A stretch of DNA of 64,000 nucleotides. It comes from Nymphaea colorata (lineage: Eukaryota). The stretch spans positions 13,826,001 to 13,890,000 of the forward strand of contig NC_045138.2 of the NCBI RefSeq assembly GCF_008831285.2, given 5' to 3'. Below the pieces are notes generated by a model. That model saw only the letters and a program-made list of their open reading frames with translations, was not told the DNA's origin and did not search any database. Position numbers and translations under genes: made by a program. Below are positions 12,519 to 25,900 of the stretch, piece by piece (position 1 is the first letter of the stretch; each line of letters starts with the position of its first letter).

Positions 12519-14427
12519 TGAGGAGCTAGGCCGCCGGCGCCGGGTGTGGTGGTCTAAACTGGAAGCCGTCTAAACCCAAAGCAATAAAAGCCCGTCACTC
12601 ATGACTTTGTTTTAATTGTGCGCTGCAACTTTTCATCATTAATCTAGCTGCTGGAAAGTGAGGCCGATATTTGACTCGTCTCCACTCGTGAAAATGCTAT
12701 TTCTGATGGTTAAATAGCTAGCTAGCTTTAACCAAAAAACATGGACTGTTTGATTTTTGAATGTGTCTAGTATGCCTTGACTGATAAATGGCCGGTTGCT
12801 GGCTTGAGTGACATGGGCATGCATAAATTCTTTGCATAAACAGGCACACGCTTAAACTCTTCATGGGAAACTAAGTTTGGATGAGAATACTATATTAGTT
12901 GATAGTTTGTTAAACTCAGTAAGCATGCATGCACCGAGGCAGTCCTGAACTAAAGGAGGTTCCAGCTAACTTGGTGATAAAGGCATATATGCCATGTTTC
13001 TAAAATAATATTAATCATCAATTGGTCTCACCAAACCATTTATGTAATTTGTCTGCGTTAGGCGCATAAAATATTAGAGTCAATGCTAGTAAGATATGAT
13101 TGGCAGGTGGCTTCGAACACTGCTTGTACAACCTCTTCCCCTGTTCCATCCGCGTGGTGGCAGAGCAGGAGGGTCTCAACGGGCTCTTGAATTCGGATCA
13201 TGCAACATTAATTTTCAACTGAAAATCACTCAATTTTATGTGTTCTAGAGTCACTGATTATAAAATGTGCCAAATGTGTGGATCAAAAGTCCAGCACGTA
13301 TCTTATACAGGACCCAATAGAAAATTCTATCGAAGCTAAAAGTTTAGAAAAATAAAATAAAATAAAGGTAGTTCTTGGGATTTTTTTCCAGGGATTCAAA
13401 CATTCCACGGTCCAATATAAAGCATCGGAAATCCAGGAGGGCGCCGTGAATTGATGGTACCGACGGTCCTCCGATAAGCTGGTGCCCACCTCGCATCGTA
13501 TTAAGCTGCTTGGTTTATGAAACAAATGTTACTATTGCCTCAAAAAGTATGATAGGTTTATGAAACAATTCAAAAAGTGTACTATGAATTTTCTACAATG
13601 TTTGAGATGGATGCATAAAAATGTTACTGTGACTGTCACCAAACAACCCCTTGGGGTTTATAACAGTTTCGGACCCACGGTTCCTGTTCTGTTCTGTTGG
13701 ACAAGTAATGGTAAATACTACAAGCTTAACCAGGACGAACATGTCTCTCACCTTGTGAAAATTAGTATCCCCACAGTGCTCAAAAAAAAAGCTCCAAATA
13801 ATACTAGCAAGCCAACTCAAAAGATCCGATCGAGTACACAGCTAGTAAGGGGCATGAGCGTCACCTCCTCCACTAAGTTTCGTCATGTAGCTAGGATGGA
13901 AGATTAGATCTAAATATTGCTGGGACAACCCAGCGAACACATAATTAAGTATCAGCCCCCTTTATTTTTGTTCGCAATTGAATTACATACGTAAGAGATG
14001 GATATGACAGAAATTTAAACTCCATAAAATCACAGAATTTTGGCCACACACTAGTAAATTACATGGTCAATAAACCATAAAAACATTCTTACATCAGTTC
14101 ATTAATCAGCAGAAACTTTTTAATTTTTAAAGTTTTTTAATATGGTTCAAACGTTGATCCTTGTAAGAGTAACCCGTTTAATCAATCAAAAAAGCTGGCC
14201 TAAACATCACCAGTTTTTAGGATGGTGTGCACCTGATTTTCTTGAAAATTTTGCAATATTACCGAATTAACTATAGTCACAAAAGTTGTAAAATCCTTTT
14301 AAAAAAAAATTGAACCATAGTTGATCGAATTGAATTGCTTTCCAGTCACTGATCATAGACCTCAAGGCCCGACCTGCTTGGATATTGGATGCACATAAAA
14401 CGTTCTCTAGAATTCAAATTAGAAGTA

Positions 14428-14463
14428 AGTATTTTGAACTACTTCAGTATTTTGAACTACTTC
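14428..14463. repeat. Perfect 18-bp tandem duplication
   Basis: agtattttgaactacttc occurs twice. Confidence 0.9.
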
Positions 14464-15245
14464 ATTTCTCTTCCCCATTTTAGATACCAGTTCAAGAACC
14501 CTGGACGTTTTACAGTACCCTGATTCTGCACCACCACAACGCCAGGGGACAACCAAAAATTGTTCCTTAGTTAGAAAGCTTATTACAACCACAAATTAAA
14601 TTAAATTGTCTACTTTAAACTAGTTTTGACAATGAATCCTGCTTCAATATCGCATTCTTGATTTTGAAAAAAGCAGGACATTTGTTCTATACGCTACCGT
14701 GATTTTCGGTGATTGAGATGATCATGTTCTTGCTTCACACACCCAGTATAATATATAATCGAAGCTCTTTGTCCCATTATCGTGATTCTTAGCATTCTGC
14801 TGTTTGGACCGCGCCGCTCTAACTAAGTTTGGGCCAGGCTGTGCCATCTCGCACCAATTAACTCGAGTATAGAAGACCCTTCCAACTTTTTTTTTTTTTT
14901 TTTTTTGGCTTGGGCAGAAGCTTTCTTCCAATCCAACCCACCAATGAAAGCAAGCATTTAAGTTTTGGACGAACGTTTTGACAATAATAAAATGAGGCCT
15001 CCCAGTACCTTCCAGAAGTCAATATTCCTCTAATTCCAGTTCCTCCATTAATTTCCTCTCCAAGAGTCAAGTTCAATAGTGAAAGAAGTCTCCGTTCCAC
15101 TTGCTAACCCATGACCTGTCATATTTAATTTCTTCTTTTTTGGTGTCACTGTCTTCAACGTCAACGCCAAGTTGCAGATAGACTTTTCTTTTAAGCTCAT
15201 GAGGCTCTCCTACTATCTATTCTCTCTCTCCCTCTAGCTTTCTCC

Positions 15246-17463
15246 ATGGAGGCAAGTTCCTTCTTGTGCTTCTGTCTGGTACTTCTCTTAGGTAAAAGCG
15301 GACGCTCTATCTCCCTTTAGTCCACATTAAAAAGATGGAGATTGGGTATGCATTTTTAACCTTCTTTCTTCACTCACTTCGTTGTGGTGTTCGTTTTTCC
15401 TAGGCATCAACGCGGCAGGCTTATCTGATCAGGGCGTCCAGCATCTGCCAAAGCGCCTCTTTGTGTTTGGTGACTCGGCCGTCGACACGGGGAACACAGG
15501 GAAAAACTCTGTCCAAGCGTGGAGGCCTCCATACGGAAGCACTTTCCCCGGAAAACCGTCCGGCAGGTTCTCAGATGGCCGGCTTCTGACTGATTTTATC
15601 GGTAACTTACTTTAAGTACTTTCCTCATTTCATCTTATTTCAATCGCAAGCAATCAATGCATCCTATGATAGCCAGTAGTTTTTGTAAGAGATCCACCAA
15701 TCTCCACCATCCGATTCTGTCCGTTGGTTCCTGTTCCAGTAGTTAATGAGTTTACTCCTCTGTCTGCATTAAAAATGGTTAGTAATTAAGATCAACACCC
15801 ACATGGAATGTAGGAATTGCTCTAAAAATTAATGAGTGCAGCGGTTGGATATTGTCAACCAGCGCGTTATCATCTTGATTTATTTAGTTGGTCAAGAAAA
15901 AACAAAGTGGTTACATCAAAAATAGCTTACCCTAACTAAATATTTTAAAAAAAAAAAAAAAAAGGTTCTAGCAACGGATATCGTATCACCAGTACTAGTG
16001 CGTATTGTCTAGCAAGTTAGATTACACATTTAGCTTTTTTGTGTATTGACCAGATTGTACTGTTTATAACAGGGCAAATTAACATCCTTTGCCCTGTCCG
16101 CCACCACATGACTATATATGTGAAGGGTATCCTGTTCTTCAAAATTCTCCCTGCTTTCCATTTTTGCCCTTGCTGAGAGTGGTCATTCCTTTTTTCTCAT
16201 GAAAGATATTTTAGTCATTTCAAACTTTAGTAGGTTGCTCCTGTGTTTGGGGTTCTTGTGTGCTTGTGGCTGTGGTCGCCAGACAACACAAGGAGGTGAA
16301 ATCGATGGCAATCCTTTGTTCTGAATTCTAAAAATATAGGTGCCTGAGCCTGAGGTCCACTCCATTGTGAGCACCAAAAATACTGATTGCGAACGTTCCC
16401 TTAATTTGCAGCGGCCTATCTAGGAATGCCGTCTCCTACTCTTTACAAAGCGAGACGTGTCGGTGGCGATCGGCAGCGATACGGTATGAATTTCGCTTAT
16501 TCCGGAACTGGTGTTTTCGACACGGTTGTTATGCTGCCCAACTTAACAACACAGATCGGTTTCTTTGAGCAACTTATCAATGGAGGCACGTATCGGTGGT
16601 CCGACCTGAGATCATCCATGGCACTCGTCTCAGCTTCGACCAATGACTACAGTTTTTATTTGTTGAGAAAAGGGACACTAGAGGTACTGATCGAATTCTC
16701 AACTAAAATGCTCAGGCCTTTTCTCTTCGTTACTAATTTCCTTAATATGTTCATGAGTTCAATCGAGATTTCAGTACAGTTCTTATAATAGTTAAAATGT
16801 GATCCACTTTAACTTGTGTGGTAGGGGTTGAATGAGTTCACAGGGTTGGTGGTGAACCAGACTGCCGTGGACCTGCGGCGCCTGAGTCGATTGGGCGTGG
16901 GGAAGATAGCCATCCTGGGTCTCTTCCCATTTGGCTGCTTTCCAGTCATAAGGCAGCTGCTGGCCTCGGCCCCCTCGTCTTGCGATGACCTCTTTAACCG
17001 CTATTCCTCTCAACACAACAGCCTGCTGCGCAAAGCCGTTGACGACATCAATGCCGAGCTTGGCCGTCCATCGCACGTCGTTATGCTTGATACCTACAGT
17101 GCTGCAGATTCCATAATGCGCCATCACAATGGGTTGGGTACGATTCCAAAACTTTGCTGTCCAGTACTTGAGTTTCGAAACTCACAAAATAGGGCGACTA
17201 ATGGCAAGAACGTTCAAAGATCTACTGCATAATGTAAACCTCATTCACTTTCAGGACCAAGGTTTAATGATCCGTTGAAGCCATGTTGCATGGGGCTGAA
17301 CTCCAGCACCGCCTGCGGGAGCGTCGATGTTCAAGGAAAGCCACTGTACACGGTGTGCCGGAGCCCAGCGTCTGCCTTCTTCTGGGACCTTGCTCACCTA
17401 ACACAGGCTGGTTCTTCTGCCATGTTCCGCTACTTCCTCCCAACTCTTCAACAGTTTTTTTGA
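15246..17463 (+). CDS. GDSL esterase/lipase, copy 2 (tandem duplicate of copy 1), about 345 aa
   Basis: Exons 15246-15291, 15404-15601, 16412-16683, 16825-17137, 17255-17463 (1038 nt, in frame). FVFGDSAVDTGN, NFAYSGTG, ASTNDY, FFWDLAHLTQAG. Promoter, introns and 3' flank align with copy 1. Confidence 0.92.
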
Positions 17464-18062
17464 AGCCGCCGGGTACGGTGCCAATCGAAACCGTCTATAT
17501 AAATACGAAATGGCTCATTTGACCTTGTGGATTAAGTTTTCAAGACTTTCGGCCTGTTGAAAGTCAGGATTTTGTAAAACTTGTTTGGACTCTTGACTTT
17601 GTGTACGTTGTGATTGTGTGCTAGAACACTTCATACATTAACCTTGCAGCTGGAAAATAAGCCCGACTCGCTCGTCATTTGACTCGTGTCTACATGAATA
17701 ATGAAAATACTTATTTGTGATGGTTAAATAGGTTTAACCAAATAGCATGGATAAATTCCACGGTCCAATATGAAGCAGCGGAACGGAGCGGACCTTGTCG
17801 TGCGGAGGTTAAGAAGCCCATAGAGATCGAGGACGGAGGATGACCCCAAGTCCCAGTATCCGTTTCGGTCGGCGTTTAACGGGTTTCGCCGGCCACTCCT
17901 GGAACCTTTTCGGACACTACAAATGTCTCCCTGTCACTTGCTTGAATCGGAACAGTCCAATAGGTTCCAGACTACCAAGTCCCAATGGATTAATTTAGAC
18001 TCGCAGTACAAGTTATCCTGAGTACTAGTTGTGGTACGTGAGATCCTATCGGAATTCGGAGC

Positions 18063-19661
18063 TTACACAGACAGGAGGCGTTGAAGAGAAGGTAGGAGGG
18101 AGGGGACTACTTTGGACCAGGCGTCCTTGGTTGGGTGTCCCAGAAGAAGGTGGAGACAGGGTGCGAGCACAGTTCGTACAGCTTGTTCCACTCTTGATCC
18201 ACGCTACCACAGCTAACGGTCGAGTTCGCTCCCCTGCAGCACCGCCGTCTTCGAGTTTGGATCCTGAAGAAAACCCCAAAATCAAAGTGACCACTATTAA
18301 TGTGCAGTTGTTAAATTTGTATAATCTACATATCAGAAAGACGGATCGAGAAAGCAGGGGAAGGGGGAAAGGATCCGGACCTTGTAGCGCGGAGGTGAAG
18401 GGAGCATAGAGGTCGAGGATGGCAATGGCGGATGGGTGGCTGAAGGTCGCGTTGATGGCGTCGACGGCCTTCTGCAATAGGCTATTGTGATAGACGGGCA
18501 ACATCGCAGCGAGCGTATGGTGTGTTGGCCGTTCTTAGGGGGATGCAGCCCACCGGCGGCAGCCCCATCACCGCCACCTTTGGCACCCCCAACCCCAGGA
18601 TTCTTTTCAGGTTTGCCGCCGTCTGGTTGACCACCGACCCCACCAAGTTTTTTACACACTGTCATGGCGCTCATCATTCACAGAAAGAAATGATCAATTA
18701 CCAAAGTGTTGTACAAGTGAAGTTCCTAATTGAATAAGGTCCGCGTAATTGAGCGATCAAATTAAATCACCATCATTTTCCAAAGGAAACAACTACATAA
18801 TTTCAATGTTTTTTTTTCAAATTTTGAAGAAAATGAAAACAGTAATTTTCATGGACATGGCATTGAGGACTTTGATTCCAACACAATCACAAGAAGACTC
18901 GATTCGAGTGCACGGTGATTGTGAATAGAAACCTCCGGTTTGCCGTTTCTAGTAAAGTAGGTTTCATAATCGTTCCCGGCACCCGACACTAGTGCGATGG
19001 AGGAGTTGAGATCTGATCAGCTGTTCATACAAATCGATCTGTGTGGTCATGTTGGGCAAGGGAACAAGCGTGTCAAAGACGCCGGTTACTCCATAAGCAA
19101 AATTCATACCGAAGCGTTTCCGCATCCCGGCCACCAGATGTCTCGTCCGGCAAGTAATAGGAGTCGGAATGCCCATGTATGCGGCTGCAAGGAAAAAGAT
19201 AAAACTGTTTGTGGTGAAACAGATGGAAAGGAAAGGAAACCATAGCTAGTTTTGTCGAATACTTGATTTTAACTACCAACGAAGTCGGTGAGGACACGGC
19301 CGTCGGAAAACCTGCCGGAAGGCTTTCCCGGGAAGGTCATGCCGTAGGGATCCTTCCAAGAAGGAGACGTGGGTATGTTTCTATTTCCCGTATCGACATA
19401 AGAGTCTCCAAACACAAAGAGCACCTTGTGCTTGTGGCGATGGTGCCTGTCCTGCTGCTCGTACCCTTCAGATTTACTACCTGAACTTCCAAGAGATTAA
19501 ATTAATAGATTTGAAAAGACACGAAACTACAAATGAATGCCTTCTAATTCATGTTGTCATCATTTTTCGTGGGCTTTTATGAAGAGAACTGAACAAGGGA
19601 GAGTAGCTTTACCTAATAACAGAAGCACCATGAATAGGCAAAAGAAGAGCTTTAAACCCAT
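18063..19661 (-). pseudogene. GDSL esterase/lipase pseudogene, paralog of the 22939-26280 gene
   Basis: Exons 19661-19613, 19480-19277 (FVFGDSYVDTGN intact), 19184-18933, 18658-18381, 18263-18063 keep their splice sites. Alignment to the intact paralog shows frameshifting deletions of about 23 bp (near 19014), 14 bp (near 18500), 7 bp (near 18245) and 7 bp inside WDxxH (near 18137). Block II reads NFAYGVTG. Confidence 0.88.
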
Positions 19662-20608
19662 TTTGAGAGAGAGAGGGTGGGGGAGAGGGACGATCATGCA
19701 TGCAATTCTAGTGCTTTAGATGCTGGTATATGTAATTAGACAAGTGCGATGCAGAAATAAAGGAAAACTATGCTGCAATGTTGGACTATTCGGGCTTTAA
19801 TTTGGTTAATTTTCTAAACTGTTCATCTTCTTTTCTTGTTAGCGTTGGAGTTGGGCGGGAAAACTTCGGACATTAAAAGGAAAATAATCGTTTTTGAGTG
19901 GCTCTTCATGCCATGTATGTAAATGTGTATGACAATAACATCGATCAATGTATTGGACAGCTTGACTCCGGTTTACTCGTCAATCATTTTGTGTCCATTC
20001 ATAGCCGGTGGAAAAGGTCTACTGATGAGAAGCGCCCATGCATGACCTTAAGATTCTTTAGGAATCCTTTCGCAGTTTGAGACATTTTGTGTGTTTTATG
20101 AATTTGACTCAATATGACAATAGACTCAAGAAACAATAGCTTTATTCTTTTATGAACCTCAATCTTTGAGGTGGATTCATAATGCTCCGACTGCCAAACA
20201 CCCATTTAGCTAACTAAAGTCCAGCGCGTATAAGGTAGGACTCGATCACCTCTATCATAATTGTGTCAGTTTTCAACATTCATAATGCCCTTTTATTAGT
20301 TGTTTTAAAAAATTAAGAGCTGATCGAAACCAACTTCTGGACGTGGTTTTGTGCCTTAAAATAGTATTATGCATATGAGAATCAGAGAAACATTTCTGCA
20401 ACGCTTTGTATCTGTATAAAAAAGATTCTCAGAATAGTCGTATATCGATGATTTTTGAGAAAGTTTAAAGAGCTTAATATCTTTGTACCATGCCATCAAA
20501 TATCTTCATTCTTAGCTTTCTTTTGTGGTCTATGTGAAATATAGTCGGCTAAGAAAAGAGTTAAATCTGTTAAACCAAACGCTTGAGTTAGTTTTGAACT
20601 TAAGAACA

Positions 20609-20651
20609 AGTCATAACAATCTCACCATCTAGTCATAACAATTTCACCATC
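20609..20651. repeat. 22-bp tandem duplication
   Basis: agtcataacaat(c/t)tcaccatc occurs twice. Confidence 0.9.
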
Positions 20652-21544
20652 CTTGAAGTGACGGCCTTACATAAATCTTTTTGTTCATTATCGGATCGCT
20701 AGACTAGTAAAGGTCTACCGATACATGGTGAACCCTCGATGTCCATCACTATTTTAAGGATATTCTTTCATGCGTTATGTTTTCTAATCCAAGTCTAAGG
20801 TGCATGCTTAGGGTAGAACTGGACAGCCTTAAGGGTCATAGTATGTAGATATGTTAAGTGTTCAATTTCTGTGTGTTACTCTGTTGAATCGTAAATGATA
20901 GGATGATGATACTGTAGTTGACAGATGTATCATATTTGGCTCAGGTTCCAACACAATTCAAAACGCCGATGGCAAAGGAAATGGAAAAGCCTTTGTGACT
21001 TTGAGAGGTGGGTTGTTAATCTTCTGGTCAGGCGAGTCGGGCACTGGGCCAGCCCATATGTTGGCCCACCTACTATGGCTGGGCAGGCCCAATTAAGCCT
21101 CAGTCGGCTCATTTATTTCCAAACTCAGCCAGGATCGGGTACTTTGTGTTTAGTACACAACAAATTTAGTTTGGTTTATTTTCGGACCAGGTTACCATAA
21201 CCCAGGTCCGCAGGGCTGACAACCCGTTCAAGGCCTAAAATTAAAATCCTATATTAATCTTCCTACCAAGCTAGAGCAGTGCAATATAAATCAAAGAAGA
21301 TCATTCATATTAATTTAGTCTTTTTTTTTTTGTAAATCAAATTTGGAGTAGTTTAAAGTGGTAAATAAAAAGTAAAATTGTATTACATAGTTCATACACT
21401 ATATGTAATAACAAAATTTAAATCAAACTCTCACATTATAGTCTAGCCGGCCTGCGTGATACTGTAAAGGGACGAGCCAAGCCCAATAAATGACAGTCCA
21501 TGGGTCGAACCGTAGACCTGAGCCCGATCTTTGGTTGCCTTACG

Positions 21545-21975
21545 GAAATGCGGATTAGATGGTTCAGTCTGTGGGCATAGAGTCGAGATGTATTAGGAGA
21601 TGAGTTTCAGGTGAAGGGAAAGTTGGAGTGAAGAAGGAGAATATTAAGAAAGGTTGGACTGCTCAAGTTTTTCTGCAGTTGTTCAGTGAATGGGAAACAT
21701 GTACAAGAGGGAACATATGTTTAGATGCCTGCCTTGCAAATTGGAGAAGAGACCTTAAATCTGTTGTTATCTAGAAGGACCACTTTAGATGCTGCTCTTG
21801 CCCTTGTAAAAGGGAAAGCTGCTTCTAGAAGGACAGGCCCTTTCCCCCCGTTGGCCAGATATTTGGGCCTTACTAGGGGCTGTATAGTTGTTCTTTGTTT
21901 TGTACATATGCTATTCGTTTGAATTAAAGGGAGGTGGGGGGCCATCAGCCCCTGCAGATTCCCATTCTAAGAATG
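21545..21975 (+). mobile_element. Degenerate 3' end of a non-LTR (LINE-like) retroelement
   Basis: catgtacaagagggaacatatgtttagatgcctgccttgcaaat resembles a decayed RNase H C-terminal HVxREGNxxAxxLA motif. It is followed by a T-rich tract and aattaaagggaggtgggg...gcccct, like plant L1 3' UTRs. Confidence 0.4.
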
Positions 21976-22938
21976 GAACATTGTTTATTTGCATGGGTTT
22001 AAGAACCAGCACTGCCAAATAGTTTTTACACAGATGGTTTCTTTGGAGCAGTAAACTGCCGTGATCTGCCGGCCGTACCCCAGTTTTTCCGGTCAAAGAT
22101 TTAACTGGAAAGGCGAAAGAGGCGGGTTTTCTACTGGCGCACTTTTACTAGTATGGAAGAAAGAAGGGTGTGACAACTGAAAAAGAACGTTCGCTGTGAG
22201 TATATGTATGTAAGAAGCCAAAAGCTAGTCTTCCCAGAACACTCCTTAAGTTCTATCAATTGTGAAACTCGCCAAACATTCAAACACTACTTAACCCACC
22301 CGAGACAGGTGCAAATAGTATTCCCTCTCAAGTTAAGCTTTTTAACCACATTTTATCAAGAAGTTTTTTTTTTCTTTTTGAAATCATTTTTTCTTTTGCC
22401 TGTTCTAATTTCCCACTTATTTTCTCTTCGTAAGCAAACCGGAGATTAATAAAAGATAAAAGCTTAAACTGAGAATGTGAAGAGGCAAAAGTTTGTCGAG
22501 TAAGCGAGAGGTTCATCCCACCACCAGAAACTAAGCTTGAAGGCCCTCTCATTGCCCTTACCTCCGTGGCCCTGAACTGCATCGATGTCAGCAATAGCAA
22601 CGATGCACCCTTCAACTTGAATGTCGCACCCTTCCACCATAAGAAGTAGGAATAAACTCGATGGAGAAAAAAAAGACAAAAAACTTCTTTTTGGTTTTCC
22701 ATCAGTCCTCTTTCCCCATAGTTTTCATGTTTGAAGAAAACTCCAATTTATGGAGATGACTGAAAGTTGAAAGATGGAATCCGTAGGGTAAAAGCATAAA
22801 TAAATTTATTAAATTGCAGAGTTTGAGAGCACTATGCACTTATTGCATTTATTAATGAAATTGCTCGAGAAAGATGGCAGAGTGAAATCTATTGTGCTTA
22901 TTGGACACTCTCTCAGCTGATCACAAAATGGAAACTCA

Positions 22939-25900
22939 TTAGGACAGGAGGGCATGGAGAGTAGGCATGAGAGATGGGACCACTGTGGTCCAGCCGTCTT
23001 GGGTTGGGTGCACTTCGTCCCAGAAGAAGGTGGACACTGGTGTCGAGCACAGCTCGTACAGCTTATTCCCCTGCTGGTCCACGTTACCGCATGTAAAGCT
23101 CGAGTTCACTCCCCTGCAGCACGGCTTCAATGGGTCTTTGAATTTGGAACCTGAAGATGGAAAAGACACGCAACCCCAAAATCAAATCCCCCATTAATGC
23201 TCACTTGTTAAGTTGTAGAATCAAGAGAATCAGAAGGCAAAAGACTGCGGACCTTGCAGTACGGAGTTGAAGGAGCCATAGAGATCGAGGATGGCGATCT
23301 TGGATGGTGGGCTGAGGGTTGCATTGATGGAACCGACGGCCTTCCGCAGCAGCTCGTTGTGGTAGGCGACGGCCATGTTGGATTGCGCATCGCAGCTCTT
23401 GTAGGACGTCGCCCTCGTTCTCGTCGGCAGGCAGCCCAACGGCTGCATCCCCATCATCGCCACCTTCTGCACCCCCAACCCCAGGATCCGTTTCACGTTC
23501 GCCGCCGTCTGGTTCACCACCGCCTCCACGAAGGTCGTCAAACCCTGCCATAGTCGATCCGTTAAGCGAGCGTTAGACCACATCTCGCGAACCAGAACTT
23601 AGGTGGCCGCAATGCAAGGTGTCTGAAAGATACCAACCGCGAAACTCCCATTGTTCTTCGTTAAGTAAGCGCTGTAATCGTTGCCGGCAACCGACACGAG
23701 GGCGATGGAGGACTTGAGATCGGTCTCATCGTACACGCCCGTTTTGATGAGTTTCTCGAAAAAATCGATCTGTGTGGTCATGTTTGGCAACGCAACGAGC
23801 GTGTTGAAGACGCCGGTTCCTCCATACGCAAAATTCATGCCGAACTGTTTTCGCTTTCCGGCAACTTCCCTTACCCTGTAGGTAACAGGATTCGGGATAC
23901 CCATATACGCAGCTGGATGAAAATTGAACATTTTTTAGGACAGTTGAACAAAATTCTAGTAAACAAATTTGATGACTTTTCCTTTGAAACTTTTTCCATC
24001 TGAACCAAGATCTTTCTTTTCTCAAGAAGACGCAGAAAGAGATACCGATCCTACATCGGAGGAATCCAACCGAATCAAATCAGAAAAATAAGGAACGACA
24101 TACAATTCAGCTGAATCACTGAATCGGGAAAATCACCGAATGGCAGACAGCATTCTCCCTTTTGATTTAGTTCCCAAGGGTTGTTTTATCGCCCGCCAAA
24201 TTAAGGTATGTAACTTGTCATGGAAGCTTATGGTCATGAATAAATCCACAGTGACATGAGATTGGTTTTCTGTCTAAATCGCATTAATCATGTCCGGTTA
24301 TGATTATGTATAAGCCAACTGTATTCCATACGAGAGGGTGAGTTGAGTGCACCACTGTGCACGCAATATATATGCAGCCATAAAATAAAAAATAAGTGAA
24401 AGTAAGTTTTTTTTTTTTTTAGAAACTTTTTAAAAGGAAATGTCTTTTTCGTACTTTTATAAAGAAAATATTTTTTTATAACCAGGGTTGGGCATTTTTT
24501 GGTTAGAACGGCGGTGCATATAAGCAGTACGCCTCTTAAGAAAACAAAGCTCAAATCGTCGAAGAGGCCAAAATTTTATATTTCTGTGGACCTTAACCTG
24601 GGGTCCATGTAACCCCCTTCCTCCCTCACAACTCACAGGAGGAAAAAAAAAAAAAAAGGAAAGGAAATAGCTATAGTCTATATTAGATGTAAACATCATT
24701 GGCTTAAGTATCATTAGTTACACAAGTGCACACGACATGAGTTTCCAAAAGCTCAGAATTCTCAAAACAGGTCCAAAGATTAAGTGATACAAAGCAACTG
24801 ACTGCATGGAAAAAAAATGCAAAGATACTGAAGTAGGCAAGTTTTTGTTCAATGCAGGTAAAACTATTAGATGTTTTCATGATGGTGCATCACATGCACC
24901 GTGTCAAACATAATATACTGTATTGACAAATATAACAAGTGACTCACAAGTTATTACATGCAAATACAAAAGATCTCACATCTATTTTCTGGTTAAAAAC
25001 TTTCTTTGCCAAGCAAGGAAAAAAGCCAACTTCATTATGATTCGCTCACATATTTTAGCATATCATGTTATCACCTCTCACATAATGCCGGAGTTGACAA
25101 AGACCTCAGGGAGATTAAAATTTCCAGTGAGATCGAGAGAGAGAGACGCATGTCGAACAAAAAAACATATTCAAGATGTCGCGTCCTTGAGATAAACGAC
25201 AATTTGACACGTGAAAAGACGACAAAACTTGATTTTTCTTACGAATATTTAATTTCTTAGCCATTCATTTAGCATCTTAATTTGTTGTCGATTCACAAAC
25301 TCAAACTCAGCGGGTACCAGAGCTATTATTGCATGGACACCGACAGAGCGACCCAGCCAGCTACTGCCTCATATGCTTTCGTCGTGGGTAAGCCCCAAAA
25401 CTTTTTATGCCCCCACCAAGCTTTTGGAACCACTCAGACTCGTCCCAATGGAGGACACGCATTCAACAATGGTGAAACCATTACTACCTTGGCCCTGAAT
25501 CTGATCACCAAGGATGTCTCTCTGGTGATTCAGTTTGAAGAGTACTAATTGATGCATGGTTTGGGATTTGAACTCCAGACCTTCTTCGACCTTGAAGACT
25601 CTCTGAGTCCATCGACCAAACCAATTATGGATTACATCTCAAAGCATTTTCTACCACGTCTGTTAAGTAAACGAAAAATAGCCTGAAACTTGATGCTTCT
25701 TGTACTTATGTGCGCTTTTTTGCTTTGCAATCCCTTTTTTCTTAAACCCCGAAATCACCATGTCCAAATGTTGTGCTGAGCGTTCAATTATCACTTAGCT
25801 AGTTGGGAAGGGAAAACAGAAAAGAAGAGTGCGAAGGGAAGGGAAGGTAATTTACCGACGAAGTCCGTGAAGACGCGGCCATCGGAAAACCTGCCGGAAG

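Noticed and set aside
18029..18677. ORFs of 114-152 aa on both strands
   Set aside because: Frameshifted and antisense readings of the GDSL pseudogene exons.
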